Positions 12,921-24,722 of a stretch of DNA of 64,000 nt are shown here, piece by piece. The notes below the pieces were generated by a model that was not told the origin of the DNA, did no database searches, and worked only from the letters and a program-made list of their open reading frames with translations. Source of the stretch: Chiloscyllium plagiosum. Lineage: Eukaryota. Location of the stretch: contig NC_057718.1 in the NCBI RefSeq assembly GCF_004010195.1, positions 46,196,600-46,260,599 on the forward strand, in the 5' to 3' direction. The first letter of the stretch is position 1. Each line of letters begins with the position of its first letter. Made by a program: the position numbers and the translations under genes.

Positions 12921-12959
12921 CATCACATATTTTGTTGCATTCATAGATTCTCCGTGATA

Positions 12960-13100
12960 GGGCTTCCACCAATCAGAGTTCATTTGCCAACCAATCAGCA
13001 TTTTCCTCTCATACAGTATTATTGTTGTTTTCCTTCAACTTTGGTATTTCTTGCAACTTGTCCTGATGACTGCAAGATGAAATGTTTTAACAAAATGTTT
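12960..13100 (+). mobile_element. Penelope-like terminal repeat remnant with decayed hammerhead core
   Basis: Two ccaatc boxes, then tgtc-CTGATGA-ctgcaagat-GAAA at 13063-13082. Stem II is imperfect. Confidence 0.45.
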
Positions 13101-13124
13101 CCATAGGATGTTTCCATAGTGATA

Positions 13125-13850
13125 CAGAGGAATCTTGATTATCCAAATACCAATTAGCTGAAAATCAGATCTCGAGGCCCCGATAGAAACAGTACATCAA
13201 AGACATGTTTTCAGCAGTGATTCTGTCTTTTGTTTACAGTGATTAAACAGGCACCATCTCCAAATGACTGACCTCCCACCCTCTCTCTCATCCCACACTT
13301 TCCCTGAAGTTCTACAGAGGGATGTACCCTAACCCCCCCCACTCCTTCCCCAGATAATCTCTCCAACATTGTCCTGTCAAAATGTTGCAGTAAAAAGTTG
13401 TGTGTGTGGCTCTGTGTGTGTGTGTGTGTGTGCGTGCGCGCGCACTATTTGGAGACTCACCCCACAAAGGCAGCAGCAGCAGTCTTGCTGTTGGTGTACA
13501 GTCCAGCTGCCCCATACAGGGAGTGGGGGTGGACGGGGTGACGTGTGGCGGTGTTGGATGGGGTTGGGGCGGGGCATGGTGTTGGGGTCGGGATAGTGTT
13601 TTGGTCGGGGGTGGTGTTGGATGGGGTGGGGGCAGGGCGTGGTGTTGGGGCGGGGGGTAGTGTTGGAATCGGCTTGCGGTGTTGGGGGCAAGGGCTCACA
13701 CGCTGTGTGCTGCTGCAGTCTCCTGAACGGGGAGCAGACTTTAAAAACTCCAATCCCCAGAGGAAAAGCATTTAATCCATTAACAGAATAATTGATTATC
13801 CAAAATAAATAGTGCCCGCCCATCTCGTTCAGATAATTGAGGTTCCCCTG
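13125..13850. mobile_element. TcMar/Tigger-like MITE with TIRs and TA target duplication
   Basis: TA|cagaggaatcttgattatccaaa ... ttcagataattgaggttcccctg|TA. Internal (TG)n tract and G-rich segment; no transposase. Confidence 0.85.
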
Positions 13851-13869
13851 TATTTGGAACATTTTGGAA

Positions 13870-13960
13870 TTGTTCCAAAGAAGAGTCATTAGACTCAAAA
13901 TGTTACCTCGTTTGCTTTGTCCCCAGATGCTGACAGACCTGAGTTTTTTCAACACATATA
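13870..13960 (+). mobile_element. Decayed Penelope-like pseudo-LTR fragment
   Basis: aagaagagtcattagactcaaaatgtt (gagtc/gactc stem II remnant) followed by cagatgctgacagacctgagttttttcaac, the same layout as the other pLTRs in this window. Confidence 0.5.
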
Positions 13961-15619
13961 GTTTGAAGTTCAGAGCTCAACATCCTCAGCTCCCAATTTT
14001 AACCAATGGTTTCAATTATACTTTCAGGAACAATGAAAATCTGTTTTTCAAGTTTATCATGAATGAATGGTGGAAATGTAAAGAGTGAAGTAGAGAGTCT
14101 ACAATATTTTTGGGTTCAGGTGGAATTCTTTTTGCAGCAATTTTCATCAAAAGAAATAGAAATAATTGACATTGAATCTATGGGAGGCCAAACAGATTTT
14201 GCATAGTCACAGCGCAAAACAGGTTTAAAGAGGTGAATGGATTCTTTTTGCTCTATTTTTACTTACCACAACCATTTGATATATGCTGACTGGTAGCACA
14301 ACTCAATGCTACATATTATCACACATTGCGTTCAGTATTAAAGATCAATATTTTTAAAATGGCAAATTGGACGCAAGCAGTTTCCAGATGATGATGATAG
14401 ATACTGTAGTCCCCTCAAGTTGTAAAGAATTATTTTCCACATGTTAAAAAAAAACAAAATGCCAGGAGTGAAAATTCTTATCTGAATTTGTTGCTCCAAA
14501 CTTCACCATAAATCAAAGAATTAAAAACAACCAGTGGTTGGAATAAAAGTTTTGACTGCCATAAATTGTTTCAGTATTGTAAGAGACAGTTTCTGTTCTG
14601 TGTATAACACACAGCAATTACAAGAAACAGTAAAACTTTTTGTTGACAATATTAAGTTGACTGTGAAACTAATTTGCAGGCGTAAACCCAACATAATTGT
14701 GAATGTAGAATAATGGATGACATAACAATTAACGCATTCCCTTTTCTCCCTTTCTTCAAAAAATAGAAACTAGCAGTGCTAATTGTCACGCAGAGTTCCC
14801 ACTGTGAAATTGGAGAGTAGTTTTGAAAATACTGTTGTCTGCCAGTCTAATTATAGAGACTTCTGTTCCTATTGGATCAAGAACTGAAAACAGAAACCAT
14901 ACATTGCAGTAAGGCTTTCTTTCGGAAAATATGCTTCAGTAGAAAATTCACACATCAGCAGAAAGCAAACATTGAAACAAAAATGCTTGAGTCAAGTTTT
15001 CTCCTTTTACCATACACATAATGTCAAATTAGCAAATGGAGTTTTAAAGTTATTATGTGTGAAGAACATCATTTCAAGCTCCAAAGAAAATTATGCATTC
15101 ACAGGCACAAATTTGTGTGTTCTCAACTTTGCATAATTGGATTAATTTTGATGGTTTGTAAATAAGCACAATGTAAAATGTCCTCTTTTTATGGTTTTAT
15201 GTGCAAATAGATGCAGATGGTATTGAACATGACCTGTATATCTCATACCTAAAGCTCAAGTAGAAGATTTGAATGGGAGATGACTCCATTATAAAGTGAA
15301 GTGCCTATAATTTATGGACTTGAATCAGTGGCATTTAACGGCCCAGTGTAATCTCTCAGTTAGGGGAAGTTGCAGGTAACGGTAGTGATGGTTGGGAACA
15401 GTGATAGGAATTGGTACTTTGAATTTAGTAACACAAGTTGTTCCCACATTGATGGAATTTACGTAGTGTTACCTTTAATACTGAACCCAGCAAATTGAGT
15501 GAAACGCAAAATGACAAACAAAAATAAAAATCATTTTCAGGAATTACAATGACCATGTTTTAAATTGGGTTTGCACTCAAAGCTCAGATGTAAAAGACGT
15601 TATGGTAAGATCTGCCTAG

Positions 15620-16245
15620 TTAGAGGTAGCCAGCATGGATTTCAAACAGGCAATCACGCTTCACAATCTTCACATAATTTGTTGAGGAGGTAAGTGAAAT
15701 GGTAGTTGAGGAAGGTTCAGTTGATAATCTCTATATGAACTTTTGGTGAATATTTTATTTAGTATGATTTGGGGGATTATCAGAAATGCTTAAGGAAGCT
15801 GTAATTTGGAAGATAATAACATATTATATTTCTTCCATAAGTCCCACAAAGTTCAGTTATAGAGTGATTTCTGTTCACTATGTATTTCAGCAACTTAATA
15901 CAGACCTGCTGTGAAAATGTGCAGATTATATCATTAATCAGGCATATTGTTAAATCTTTAGAAAGCCAAACGAAGCTGTAAAGGAATATTATTGACAACA
16001 GGGAAGGAAACATTTGGATGGAAGCTGATATCCGTAAGTATAAGATTTTATATTTTGGTTAAAAGAAAGTAACACCAAAAATTGGTGTAATAATAAAGAT
16101 TGTGAGGACAAGATTGCAGAAAATCATATTGATAAATTAATATAAAATAAAGGGAATGAAACTTTATATTTTTCCATTAGAGTTCTGGAAATTAAAAGCC
16201 AATAGGCAATGATGAGCACTTATATACCTTTAGTAAGGCCCTATT
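15620..16245 (+). mobile_element. Highly decayed CR1 RT remnant
   Basis: SQHGFQTG..FVEEVSEMVVEEGSVDNLYMNF at about 15628-15743; later ttatatacctttagtaaggcc (LY..LVRP-like). Confidence 0.6.
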
Positions 16246-16587
16246 GTCTTTAATTCATTCTCAGGATAGAACATTACTAGTAGACATTGCAATTCATAGT
16301 TAGCCTTGGACAATGATGATAGGCCTACATCCTGAACTGCTGCAGGATGATACATCTGCGTAAGATTGTCAGGAAGATCCTGGAAAGTAGGATGGGTAAG
16401 TTGCAGTAAAGTATGGGACGCTTCTCATGGGTCCCTCATTTGTTACCAGTGGCTTTTCCATTGGACAAAAGTTGCTAAAGAAGAAGGGAATCTCTTCCCA
16501 GGAGGATTTACCATGCAGCTATAACCAGAAGCTGAACTGGACCAGCCATATAAATAGAGGAATTCAGAGGTTAGGAATACTGCGGTG

Positions 16588-16870
16588 ACTAACTCACCTC
16601 CTGACTCCCTAAAGACTGTTCATCATCTACAAGGCGCAAGTCAGGAGTGTGATGGAATACTCCCGACTTGCCTGGATGAGTGCAGCTCCAACAAGACTCA
16701 AGAAGCTTGATGCCATCCAGAACAAAGCAGCTCGCTTGATTGGTATCACATCCATTCTCACACCACCATTGATGTTCAGTGGCAGTGGTGTGTAATGGTA
16801 GTGCACTGTAGAAATTCACCACGATTCCTTAAACAGCACCTTCCAAACCCCATGACCATTTCCACCCTAG
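16588..16870 (+). mobile_element. CR1/L2-group LINE ORF2 C-terminal fragment
   Basis: LTHLLTP*RLFIIYKAQVRSVMEYSRLAWMSAAPTRLKKLDAIQNKAARLIG. Confidence 0.8.
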
Positions 16871-16879
16871 GGCACACAC

Positions 16880-18161
16880 TCCATGAGCAACAGTCACATA
16901 CATCCCATATCCACGGATATTGGCATCTGGCATGTGCCAGCCTCACACATGACCATGGGATTGGCCAGGCTGCTTCTTGGAACTCTTCACTCTCTGTGAC
17001 AGAGCTCACTCACACTAAGCCTACCTGCACGATCACAGTATCCCTGCACTGCATTGTTTTGCCTTGTGTTTTTGCTCAGTCAGAATACATGGATCACAGT
17101 ACCTCTGTCTGCTTTTGAGTGCAGTCACAAAGACAGGAAACCTGTCCTGGCTGTCAGTGGCCCTTGTCTAAGTAAAGGGGAAAGCCTTTACTTAGTGGGA
17201 TCCTGCATATTAAGCCAAGGAAAGCCTCCGATACCAGTCGAGGGGCTTGGATATAGTGAGTCAGCCAGTCGGCATGGTTAGAGTCAGGATGTCTTCCACG
17301 CAATGGCTGAACAGTCAAATGTTGGGAAGCTCACCACCCAGCTTGACCCCTCCTGCCTTATATGGCCTGTTTGCTTCTGGAACGAGACTGAGGCAGGTAT
17401 TAAGAGAGATGGAAATTGGTGGGGGGGCACACCTCTTACTTTTGGTGCTGATGGAGAAGTGTCAAGAGTTAGCGAGGCAGTGCAGAAGATATCCAGGGGT
17501 AGGGGTGGATGTCAGCAAGTGAGGGAAGTTGCATGCTGTTGTGAGAGTGGTAGACCATGAGCCTTGATGGGAGGTTGGAACATTAATAGAGATGGTGTGA
17601 TGAGAGGTATCAGAGAATAGATGATTACGTTTACATTGATGGAATGGAAAAGGTCATTGACTTTCTTCCTACAGTGCTGGGCATTCCTCCAGATAGTGAG
17701 ACTGCACTGACCTGGGTGGTAACCTTTGACCAGGCTGGCGTGGTCTGGTGTCATGGCCTGGACTGTGGGGGAAGGGGGTTCCCATTAGGCAGAATCTCCA
17801 GGTCCCTAGCTGCAAAGACAGGCACGAATTTCCCTTGTTTGCCATGTCCAGGGCAAATGCCAGGAATCATGCAGGGCAGCTTCAGACTGTCAGTGCTTGT
17901 CCAGGTGTAGAACTGGCTTTCAAAGAGGGCACCAGGGATGTTGGTCAATACTGGGATATTTGATGAGTGGCAGGTTGCTCTAGGAACAGCTCATGGTAAG
18001 ATGGGGCTGGAATCAGACAAGAGGGATACAATCTGAGCTGAATAGATTGTTAATGAGGTGAGTTTCATAAGATACAAAGAGAAAACCCATTAGGCCTCAC
18101 AGTAGAAAAACCCTCCACAAAACACAACTGCCACTTAGACAAAAAAAGTAAAATTCAGCCC
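16880..18161 (-). mobile_element. PIF/Harbinger-derived element carrying a decayed Myb/SANT-like ORF (copy 1)
   Basis: Minus strand from ATG at 17845: MANKG/KFVPVFAARDLEIL...AWSKVTTQVSA...RNAQHCRKKVNDL. Right end gtaaaattcagccc resembles a Harbinger-type TIR. Left boundary uncertain. Confidence 0.65.
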
Positions 18162-18164
18162 CAG

Positions 18165-18380
18165 AAGGCTAAAGTTTCCAATCAACAAGAGAAGGGATGT
18201 TCCTCAAGCTTATATTGAGTTTTATTGAAAGAGTGAAGGATGGTGAGGTCAGAGAGATCAGCTTTTGAACAAACAAGTGAATTAAAATGACAGGAAACTC
18301 AAAGCTTTGGGGCACACTGGTCGACTAAATGGATATGTTTTGCAAAGCTGTCGGCCAATCTGTTTTTGGTCTCCTCAGTA
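18165..18380 (-). mobile_element. Penelope GIY-YIG endonuclease remnant
   Basis: Minus strand reads TEETKNRLADSFAKHIHLV, like the PLE motif GETKRRLGDRFAEH. Confidence 0.55.
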
Positions 18381-19899
18381 AAATTTTCCAGATCAGGGCG
18401 AGAGCAGGAAATAGCAACAATACAGACATCAGCTTTGCATTAGAGTGAGATGTCACTGAACAGAAAGGTCAACAGCACACATGTGGCTTCCATCTGAGCC
18501 CTTCCCTCTGGCCTCTTACCAGCTCTAGATCATTTTATTAAGACTGGAAAATTTTGTCAACTTTACCTCCAATTTCTACCTTCTTTTATGTCTTAATAAA
18601 TTATGAACAAATACCCCTTGTTAATGCTAGAACTCACCACATTGATATTCATCTTCATATCTTATCAAAGTAACTAAGCAAGCTCGACATCAGGAAGACT
18701 TGAGAAGGAAACCAGGAGAGGTACTTGGATTCAACCTGCTGCCTGCTCTAAACCACCTCCATTTTGCTTGTGATCAAACATAACTCTGGGCAAGATACAC
18801 AGGCAGCAGCCACTCTCACTCCTTGCTCATGGACATTGGTACCCAATACCTGTCAGCCTTCTTTGACCATCCTGGCTCTTCTACCTTTCATTGGCAGTGT
18901 CATCTGGAAGCACCTACTTGCAATGCAGCATACTGCAGCAACTTGCGTTGGAAGGCTGCAATCTGGACTCTTTCCAAACAGGGGCATGAACCCAGCTTTT
19001 GCTGGATTAGGCTGCAGTTCAGGGATGCTTGCCTACACCTTTAACACTTGCTTAGCACCTACTTACATATTCACAGTCTTGCTGTTCCGTGTCAATTAGT
19101 TCACTCACAAAAAAAGTGCTCATTTGATATCGCTGACACTACACCCACCAGGAGTAAGTGATAGATACTGTCAGTTCAGCTGTTTTGAAGAAGCAGTGCC
19201 GATAAAGCACAGTCAGCTTTACTAGCTGTGATTCAACCTGATAAAATGATGATGATGATTCCCAGAAGAATACAAGTAGGAATTCAACATGTGAGTTTAC
19301 TTCATTATGCACAAAAATGAGACGACTAATTCTTTTAGACACATAACTATTTCCTCTGACTCAATTTCAGAAAACTGAAGATCTTCCAAGGGATGTGCCA
19401 GAGGACTACATCAGCAAAGCAATCCAGGAAATCAACGATCCACTATGGGTTAGTGTGGCAATGAACTGTACCAGGATACTTTTGTCCTTAAGTAATGGAT
19501 CATTAACCTGAACAAATAATCAGTCATTCATGAAATAAGAGATTTGGGGGGAGATAGAAAAAGCTTGGGGAGAGATATTGTATATAACAGTTAATACCTG
19601 AGAAAGCTAACAGATATCCTGAGATATGATCGGCCCTTCAGAAAAAGCTCACCAGAATTTCTAAAGAATTGTTAGTATTCTGTGCATGTTTAGTAGCTGT
19701 CATCTTTCACTTACGTTAAGCCCGATATCTCACAAGACATAATCGTGTATCATAGGTACAATGTAATAGACCGAATAACTGCTGATTAAAATTAAGCCTG
19801 TCCTCTGCCTGGACCATCAAGTGCACATCCTTGTTCAAATGGTACAAGTAGCCTTCTAAACTAATACAATGAAAAAGGAATAACAGTAAGAGGCAGTGA

Positions 19900-20640
19900 A
19901 ACATGACTGGCATGGCTCCTTGTCAGGTCCAGTCCATTTCATATACTTCTCTGTCATGCCTTCCCCTCCCACTGAGAACCATGATCAGATTTGCCTTGCT
20001 CTCACCTTTAAACAATCATGCTCCACTATTTCCACTAGCTCCAATTTGCCTCTGCCACCAAACACATCTTCCATTCCCACCACTTTCAGTATTTCAAAAG
20101 GCCTGTTCTCTCCATGACACCCTGGCCCAGTCCTTAATCACCCCACCACCCTCTCTCTTTCCCATTGCAACTTTCCACAAAAGCGCAACAGATGTTATAC
20201 CTTCCCGTTTACTCCCTCCCTTTTCACCATCCAAAACATCAAAAACTCCTTCAAGTGAAAGAATAATTTGCTTTCACTTCCTTTTAGTAAATCTTATCCA
20301 CTGCTTATGATGTGGTCTCCTCTATAACATGGAGACCAAGTATAGATTGAGTGGCCACTTTGCAAACATCTCCCCTGAGGTTGTAAATATAACTCTGACC
20401 TTCAGTCACCTCTCATTTCCATTCTCCACCTTCCTTCTGACCTGACCCTTCTGTCCTTAGCCTCAAAGTGTTCCAATGAAGCTCAACACAAGGTACAGCT
20501 CACCTTTCAACTGGACAATTTACAACCTTCAACATTGCATTCAACCATTTGACACTTTAACATCTGCCTCCATTTTGTCTCCATTATCTTTGCTGTTTTT
20601 GGTTTATCACTTATTTTTAATTTTCATTTCAAAAATTCTA
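19900..20640 (+). mobile_element. Decayed Penelope-like element 3' part (linker plus GIY-YIG)
   Basis: FPPLSVFQKACSLHDTLAQS (PLE linker) and CGLLYNMETKYRLSGHFAN about 20311-20370; pyrimidine-rich tail. Confidence 0.7.
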
Positions 20641-21202
20641 TCGAAGTGGACGATTAGCAATGAAAAGTTTTGAAATCCATAGTCTCCAGAATCCAATAAT
20701 TGTCCATATTAACCCAAAATTTCCTGGGTTAGCTGATATGAAGTTAGATGAAATGAAATAAAATGTAGATAAATCATATAAAGCCTGGTGATTATAAATG
20801 CTGAAGTGATTAGAAATTGACCTAATAATAATTAGAAAGGCCACTGGTTAATTTGTTTCTGTGTTCTGCTGAAGGAATGCATGTGTGTGTGTTTATGTTA
20901 AGTATTGTAAATCAGCAATAATGAAGTGAGCAGTCACAGGAATGCCAGAAAGGCTGAAGCTTTGTTTAAAACAGACACAGTAAATCAGATGTGGACTATT
21001 TATCAACCGAAATTATCATTGTCGTGGAATTGTTTTGTCTTAATATCACACAATTGGTTGAATGACATAAAATGTGAGCAAGCTAAAGCTGAGGTCCAAG
21101 TTCATTAAAAGCCAGTGATAAGCCTCTTTCCAGGGATATGTAAGCAGGTTCGAATGAGTTAATTGATCAAATCAGTGTGAAGATATGACACATGTAATGT
21201 TT

Positions 21203-21406
21203 AGGAGAAAGTGAGGACTGCAGATGCTGGGGATCAGAGCTTAAAAATGGGTTGCTGAAAAAGTACAGCAGGTCAGGCAGCATCAAAGGAGAAGGAGAAT
21301 CGACGTTTCGGGCATCCTGAAGAAGGGCTTATGCCTGAAATGTCGATTCTCCTTTTCCTTTGATGCTGCCTGACCTGCTGCGTTTTTCCAGCAACACATT
21401 GTTAAG
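21203..21406. mobile_element. Penelope pseudo-LTR inverted (hairpin) mini-insertion with 14-bp TSD and hammerhead motif
   Basis: Arms about 21239-21315 and 21331-21407 are reverse complements. TSD cacatgtaatgttt at 21189-21202 and 21407-21420. Core CTGAAGA-A-GGGC-ttat-GCCT-GAAA-tgtc. Confidence 0.88.
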
Positions 21407-21631
21407 CACATGTAATGTTTGCCAGGGTTCAAACTGATCATTTGCCGGAGACTGGACAGTGTCAAAATTTGATTGCGCAGCTTCTCGGTAAGGAAACAGT
21501 ATAAAGAAAGCTTGCTTAAAGCGAGTTAGCAACCACAGGAAGTAGGTCATCTGATTGATGACTGAGACTTTAGGGTACAACAGGCTGATCACCTCTTCTG
21601 GTCAGCTTGGACAAATCCACGTAGGCAGGTA

Positions 21632-21956
21632 TATAGAACATAGAACATTACAGCACAGTACAGGCCCTTTGGGGCCCTTCGGGGCGCAGTACAGGCCCTT
21701 TACATTAGGGAGATTTAAACAATCCTTGGATGAGCACATAGATGATGATGGGATAGTGTAGGGAGACGAGCTGAGAATAGTTCACAGGTTGGCGCAACAT
21801 CGAGGGCCAAAGGGTCTGCTCTGCGTTGTATTGTTCTATGTTCTATGTTCTATGTTTGGCCCTCAATATTGCACGACTCTGTGAAACTAATCTGAAGCCC
21901 ATCTAACCTACACTATTCCATTCTTGTCCATATACCTATCCAATGACCATTTAAAC
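21632..21956. mobile_element. Minus-strand CR1 3' tail with a plus-strand CR1 3' tail nested inside (about 21700-21855)
   Basis: (catagaa)n at the left end, (ttctatg)n at 21835-21854, and matching ggccct...cgagggcc hairpin motifs in opposite orientations. Confidence 0.75.
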
Positions 21957-22785
21957 TCGATCACTTGTGATTGTGAGCATTATATGGGCATGGTTTTTGC
22001 AATATATTTTGTTGTACTTTGCTTTAATATAGAATATTGATTATATTCCATTGTTAGAACTGCCCTGTGTTATAAATATCAAGAGTAAACCCAACAGACC
22101 AAGGAAAGTGAGAATAAAAGCCTACTTTGGGTTTAAAGGACAGCATGAAATAGCAAGCAATCCTTTCTTCTTAACACCCAAAAATATTTTTCAAAGATTT
22201 GAAGGACAGGGCGTTTAAATGCCTTATCAGCACAGCAGATCATTTTGGCAGGACCTCTTGATTAATTTCTGAGGCAGGTGTTACTGACAGTCCTGATAGT
22301 TGACTTTGAAAAATCTATTGACAGTTCCAATAAGCTTGACCGTATTAACATTATGCACCTTTGACATACATTTATGCCTACTTTTAACTCTTCAAAGGAC
22401 ACTTGATCTCCCCAAAAGGTGCCCCAGAACCAAATCCAAAGTGGAATGTTAACATTCCAAAGGAGTAACTGGCTCATCAAAGAAATGCAAAATGCAGCCT
22501 TGCTCTTTCCTGATCTAATCTGTACACTTTGGGTTTCAGATTCCAAAACTACCAAAGTCACATCACAGTGGAAATAGCTGAGGACTTCAATGGTCAATAT
22601 CTAAGGTGTGGGAGATCTTGGTGTCATTCCAACAAAGACACATTTGTTGTGGAATCCAACAAAGATGCTTGCGAGAACTGGGCCTAGTAGTGATCTCATG
22701 GCAACAGCATCCATTTTGGCCTACACGGTGCCTTTAAATTTGAGCCCAACTACATGAGTAACTGACTTATTAAAGTCAATACATT

Positions 22786-23305
22786 GTTATGATCCCAGCT
22801 GATGTCATTACTAGACAAGTCAGATCACTGAATGAAATCTGGCTTGATCACTCAAATTATTTTTTATAACAAGGTGGTCATTCACTGAGACACAAGCACA
22901 CAAAGCTGCATACCTGGTTTTAACAATTAAACAGAAGCTTGTTATGCAAAAGAAAAGAAGATAAAGTAGAATAAACCAAATTAATTGTGTGAAACACAAT
23001 TTGAAAGAGTTTGAAATATATAGTAAAAGTACAATATTCTGTCTATCTCAACAGTATCCCTTCATAGTATTCAAACATCCAAGAGAATTCCCTCTGCTAT
23101 CTCATCTATCGGCTGCACTTAACTTTATTGCTCAGTTACTGGATTTGAGGATCTGATGGCCACTTCCATGAATATTCACACAACTGAGTTTAGGCTTAGA
23201 CAAACTCTTTCAGTGTTCTAAGCAAACAATTCAAACTAAAATGCTATACTAAGGTAGACAATTTCTTCTTATTCAGGACAGCTGCTCAATATGTCCAACT
23301 TCAAC
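22786..23305 (-). repeat. Possible solo LTR, interrupted by CR1
   Basis: Starts tgttatgatccc, like the element at 28059. LTR-like composition; the other end is not defined. Confidence 0.35.
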
Positions 23306-23307
23306 TA

Positions 23308-24722
23308 GGACATAGAGTCATAGAGATGTTCAGCATGGAAACAGACCCTTCAGTCGAACCCATCCATGCCGACCAGGTATCCCAACCCATTCTAGTCCCA
23401 CCTGCCAGTGCCCGGCCCATATCCCTCCAAACCCTTCCTATTCATATACCCATCCAAATGCGTCTTAAATGTTGCAATTGTACCAGGCTCCACCACATCC
23501 TCTGGCAGCTCATTCCATACACGTACCACCCTCTGCGTGAAAAAGTTGCCCCTTAGGTCTCTTTTATATCTTTCCCCTCTCACCCTAAACCTATGCCCTC
23601 AAGTTCTGGACTCCCCGACCCCAGGGAAAACACTTTGTCTATTTATCCTATCCATGCCTCTCATAATTTTGTAAACCTCTATAAGGTCACCCCTCAGCCT
23701 CCAACGCTCCAGGAAAANNNNNNNNNNNNNNNNNNNNNNNNNNNNNNNNNNNNNNNNNNNNNNNNNNNNNNNNNNNNNNNNNNNNNNNNNNNNNNNNNNN
23801 NNNNNNNNNNNNNNNNNNNNNNNNNNNNNNNNNNNNNNNNNNNNNNNNNNNNNNNNNNNNNNNNNNNNNNNNNNNNNNNNNNNNNNNNNNNNNNNNNNNN
23901 NNNNNNNNNNNNNNNNNNNNNNNNNNNNNNNNNNNNNNNNNNNNNNNNNNNNNNNNNNNNNNNNNNNNNNNNNNNNNNNNNNNNNNNNNNNNNNNNNNNN
24001 NNNNNNNNNNNNNNNNNNNNNNNNNNNNNNNNNNNNNNNNNNNNNNNNNNNNNNNNNNNNNNNNNNNNNNNNNNNNNNNNNNNNNNNNNNNNNNNNNNNN
24101 NNNNNNNNNNNNNNNNNNNNNNNNNNNNNNNNNNNNNNNNNCAACCCTCCACCACCACCCTCTGTCTTCTACCTTTGAGCCAGTTCTGTATCCAAATGGC
24201 TAGTTCTCCCTGTATTCCATGAGATCTAACCTTGCTAATCAGTCTCCCATGGGGAACCTTGTCGAACGCCTTACTAAAGTCCATATAGATCACATCTACT
24301 GCTCCGCCCTCATCAATCTTCTTTGTTACTTCCTCAAAACAGTCAATCAATTTTGTGAGACATGATTTCCCATGCACAAAGCCATGTTGACTATCCAGAA
24401 TCAGTCCTTGCCTTTCCAAATACATGTACATCCTGTTCCTCAGGATTCCCTCCAACAACTTGCCCACCACCGAGGTTTGGCTCACCAGTCTATAGCTCGC
24501 TGGCTTGTCTTTACTGCCCTTCTTAAACAGTGGCACCACGTTTGCCAACCTCCAGTCTTCCGGCACATCACTTGTTTCTATCGATGATACAAATATCTCA
24601 GCAAGAGGCCCAGCAATCACTTCTCTAGTTTCCCACAGAGTTCTTGGGTACACCTGCCATAGTGTTAAAGGTTTAAATGGAGAGGAATTTCTTAAGTGCG
24701 TAAAAGACAATTTTCTGATTCC
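23308..24722 (-). mobile_element. CR1/HER1-type LINE with a short 5' inversion, spanning an assembly gap
   Basis: Minus-strand RT motifs in ORF 23694-24710 and (catagagt)n tail at 23310. 24657-24722 reads on plus as CHSVKGLNGEEFLKCVKDNFLI (endonuclease region). Confidence 0.92.
23718..24141. other. Assembly gap (424 N)
   Basis: Run of n. Confidence 1.

Noticed and set aside
13312..13955. Several overlapping Pro/Thr- or Gly-rich ORFs
   Set aside because: Artefact of the low-complexity G-rich and TG repeat inside a MITE.
19371..19448. Apparent 78-bp exon (tttcag|...tgg|gttagt) encoding KTEDLPRDVPEDYISKAIQEINDPLW
   Set aside because: No partner exons and no recognised protein. The read-through IQEINDPLWVS resembles a decayed Gypsy RT start (I..V.EP..WVS), so a TE relic or chance is more likely.
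23593..24222. 209-aa and 181-aa ORFs
   Set aside because: Mostly N gap inside a CR1.
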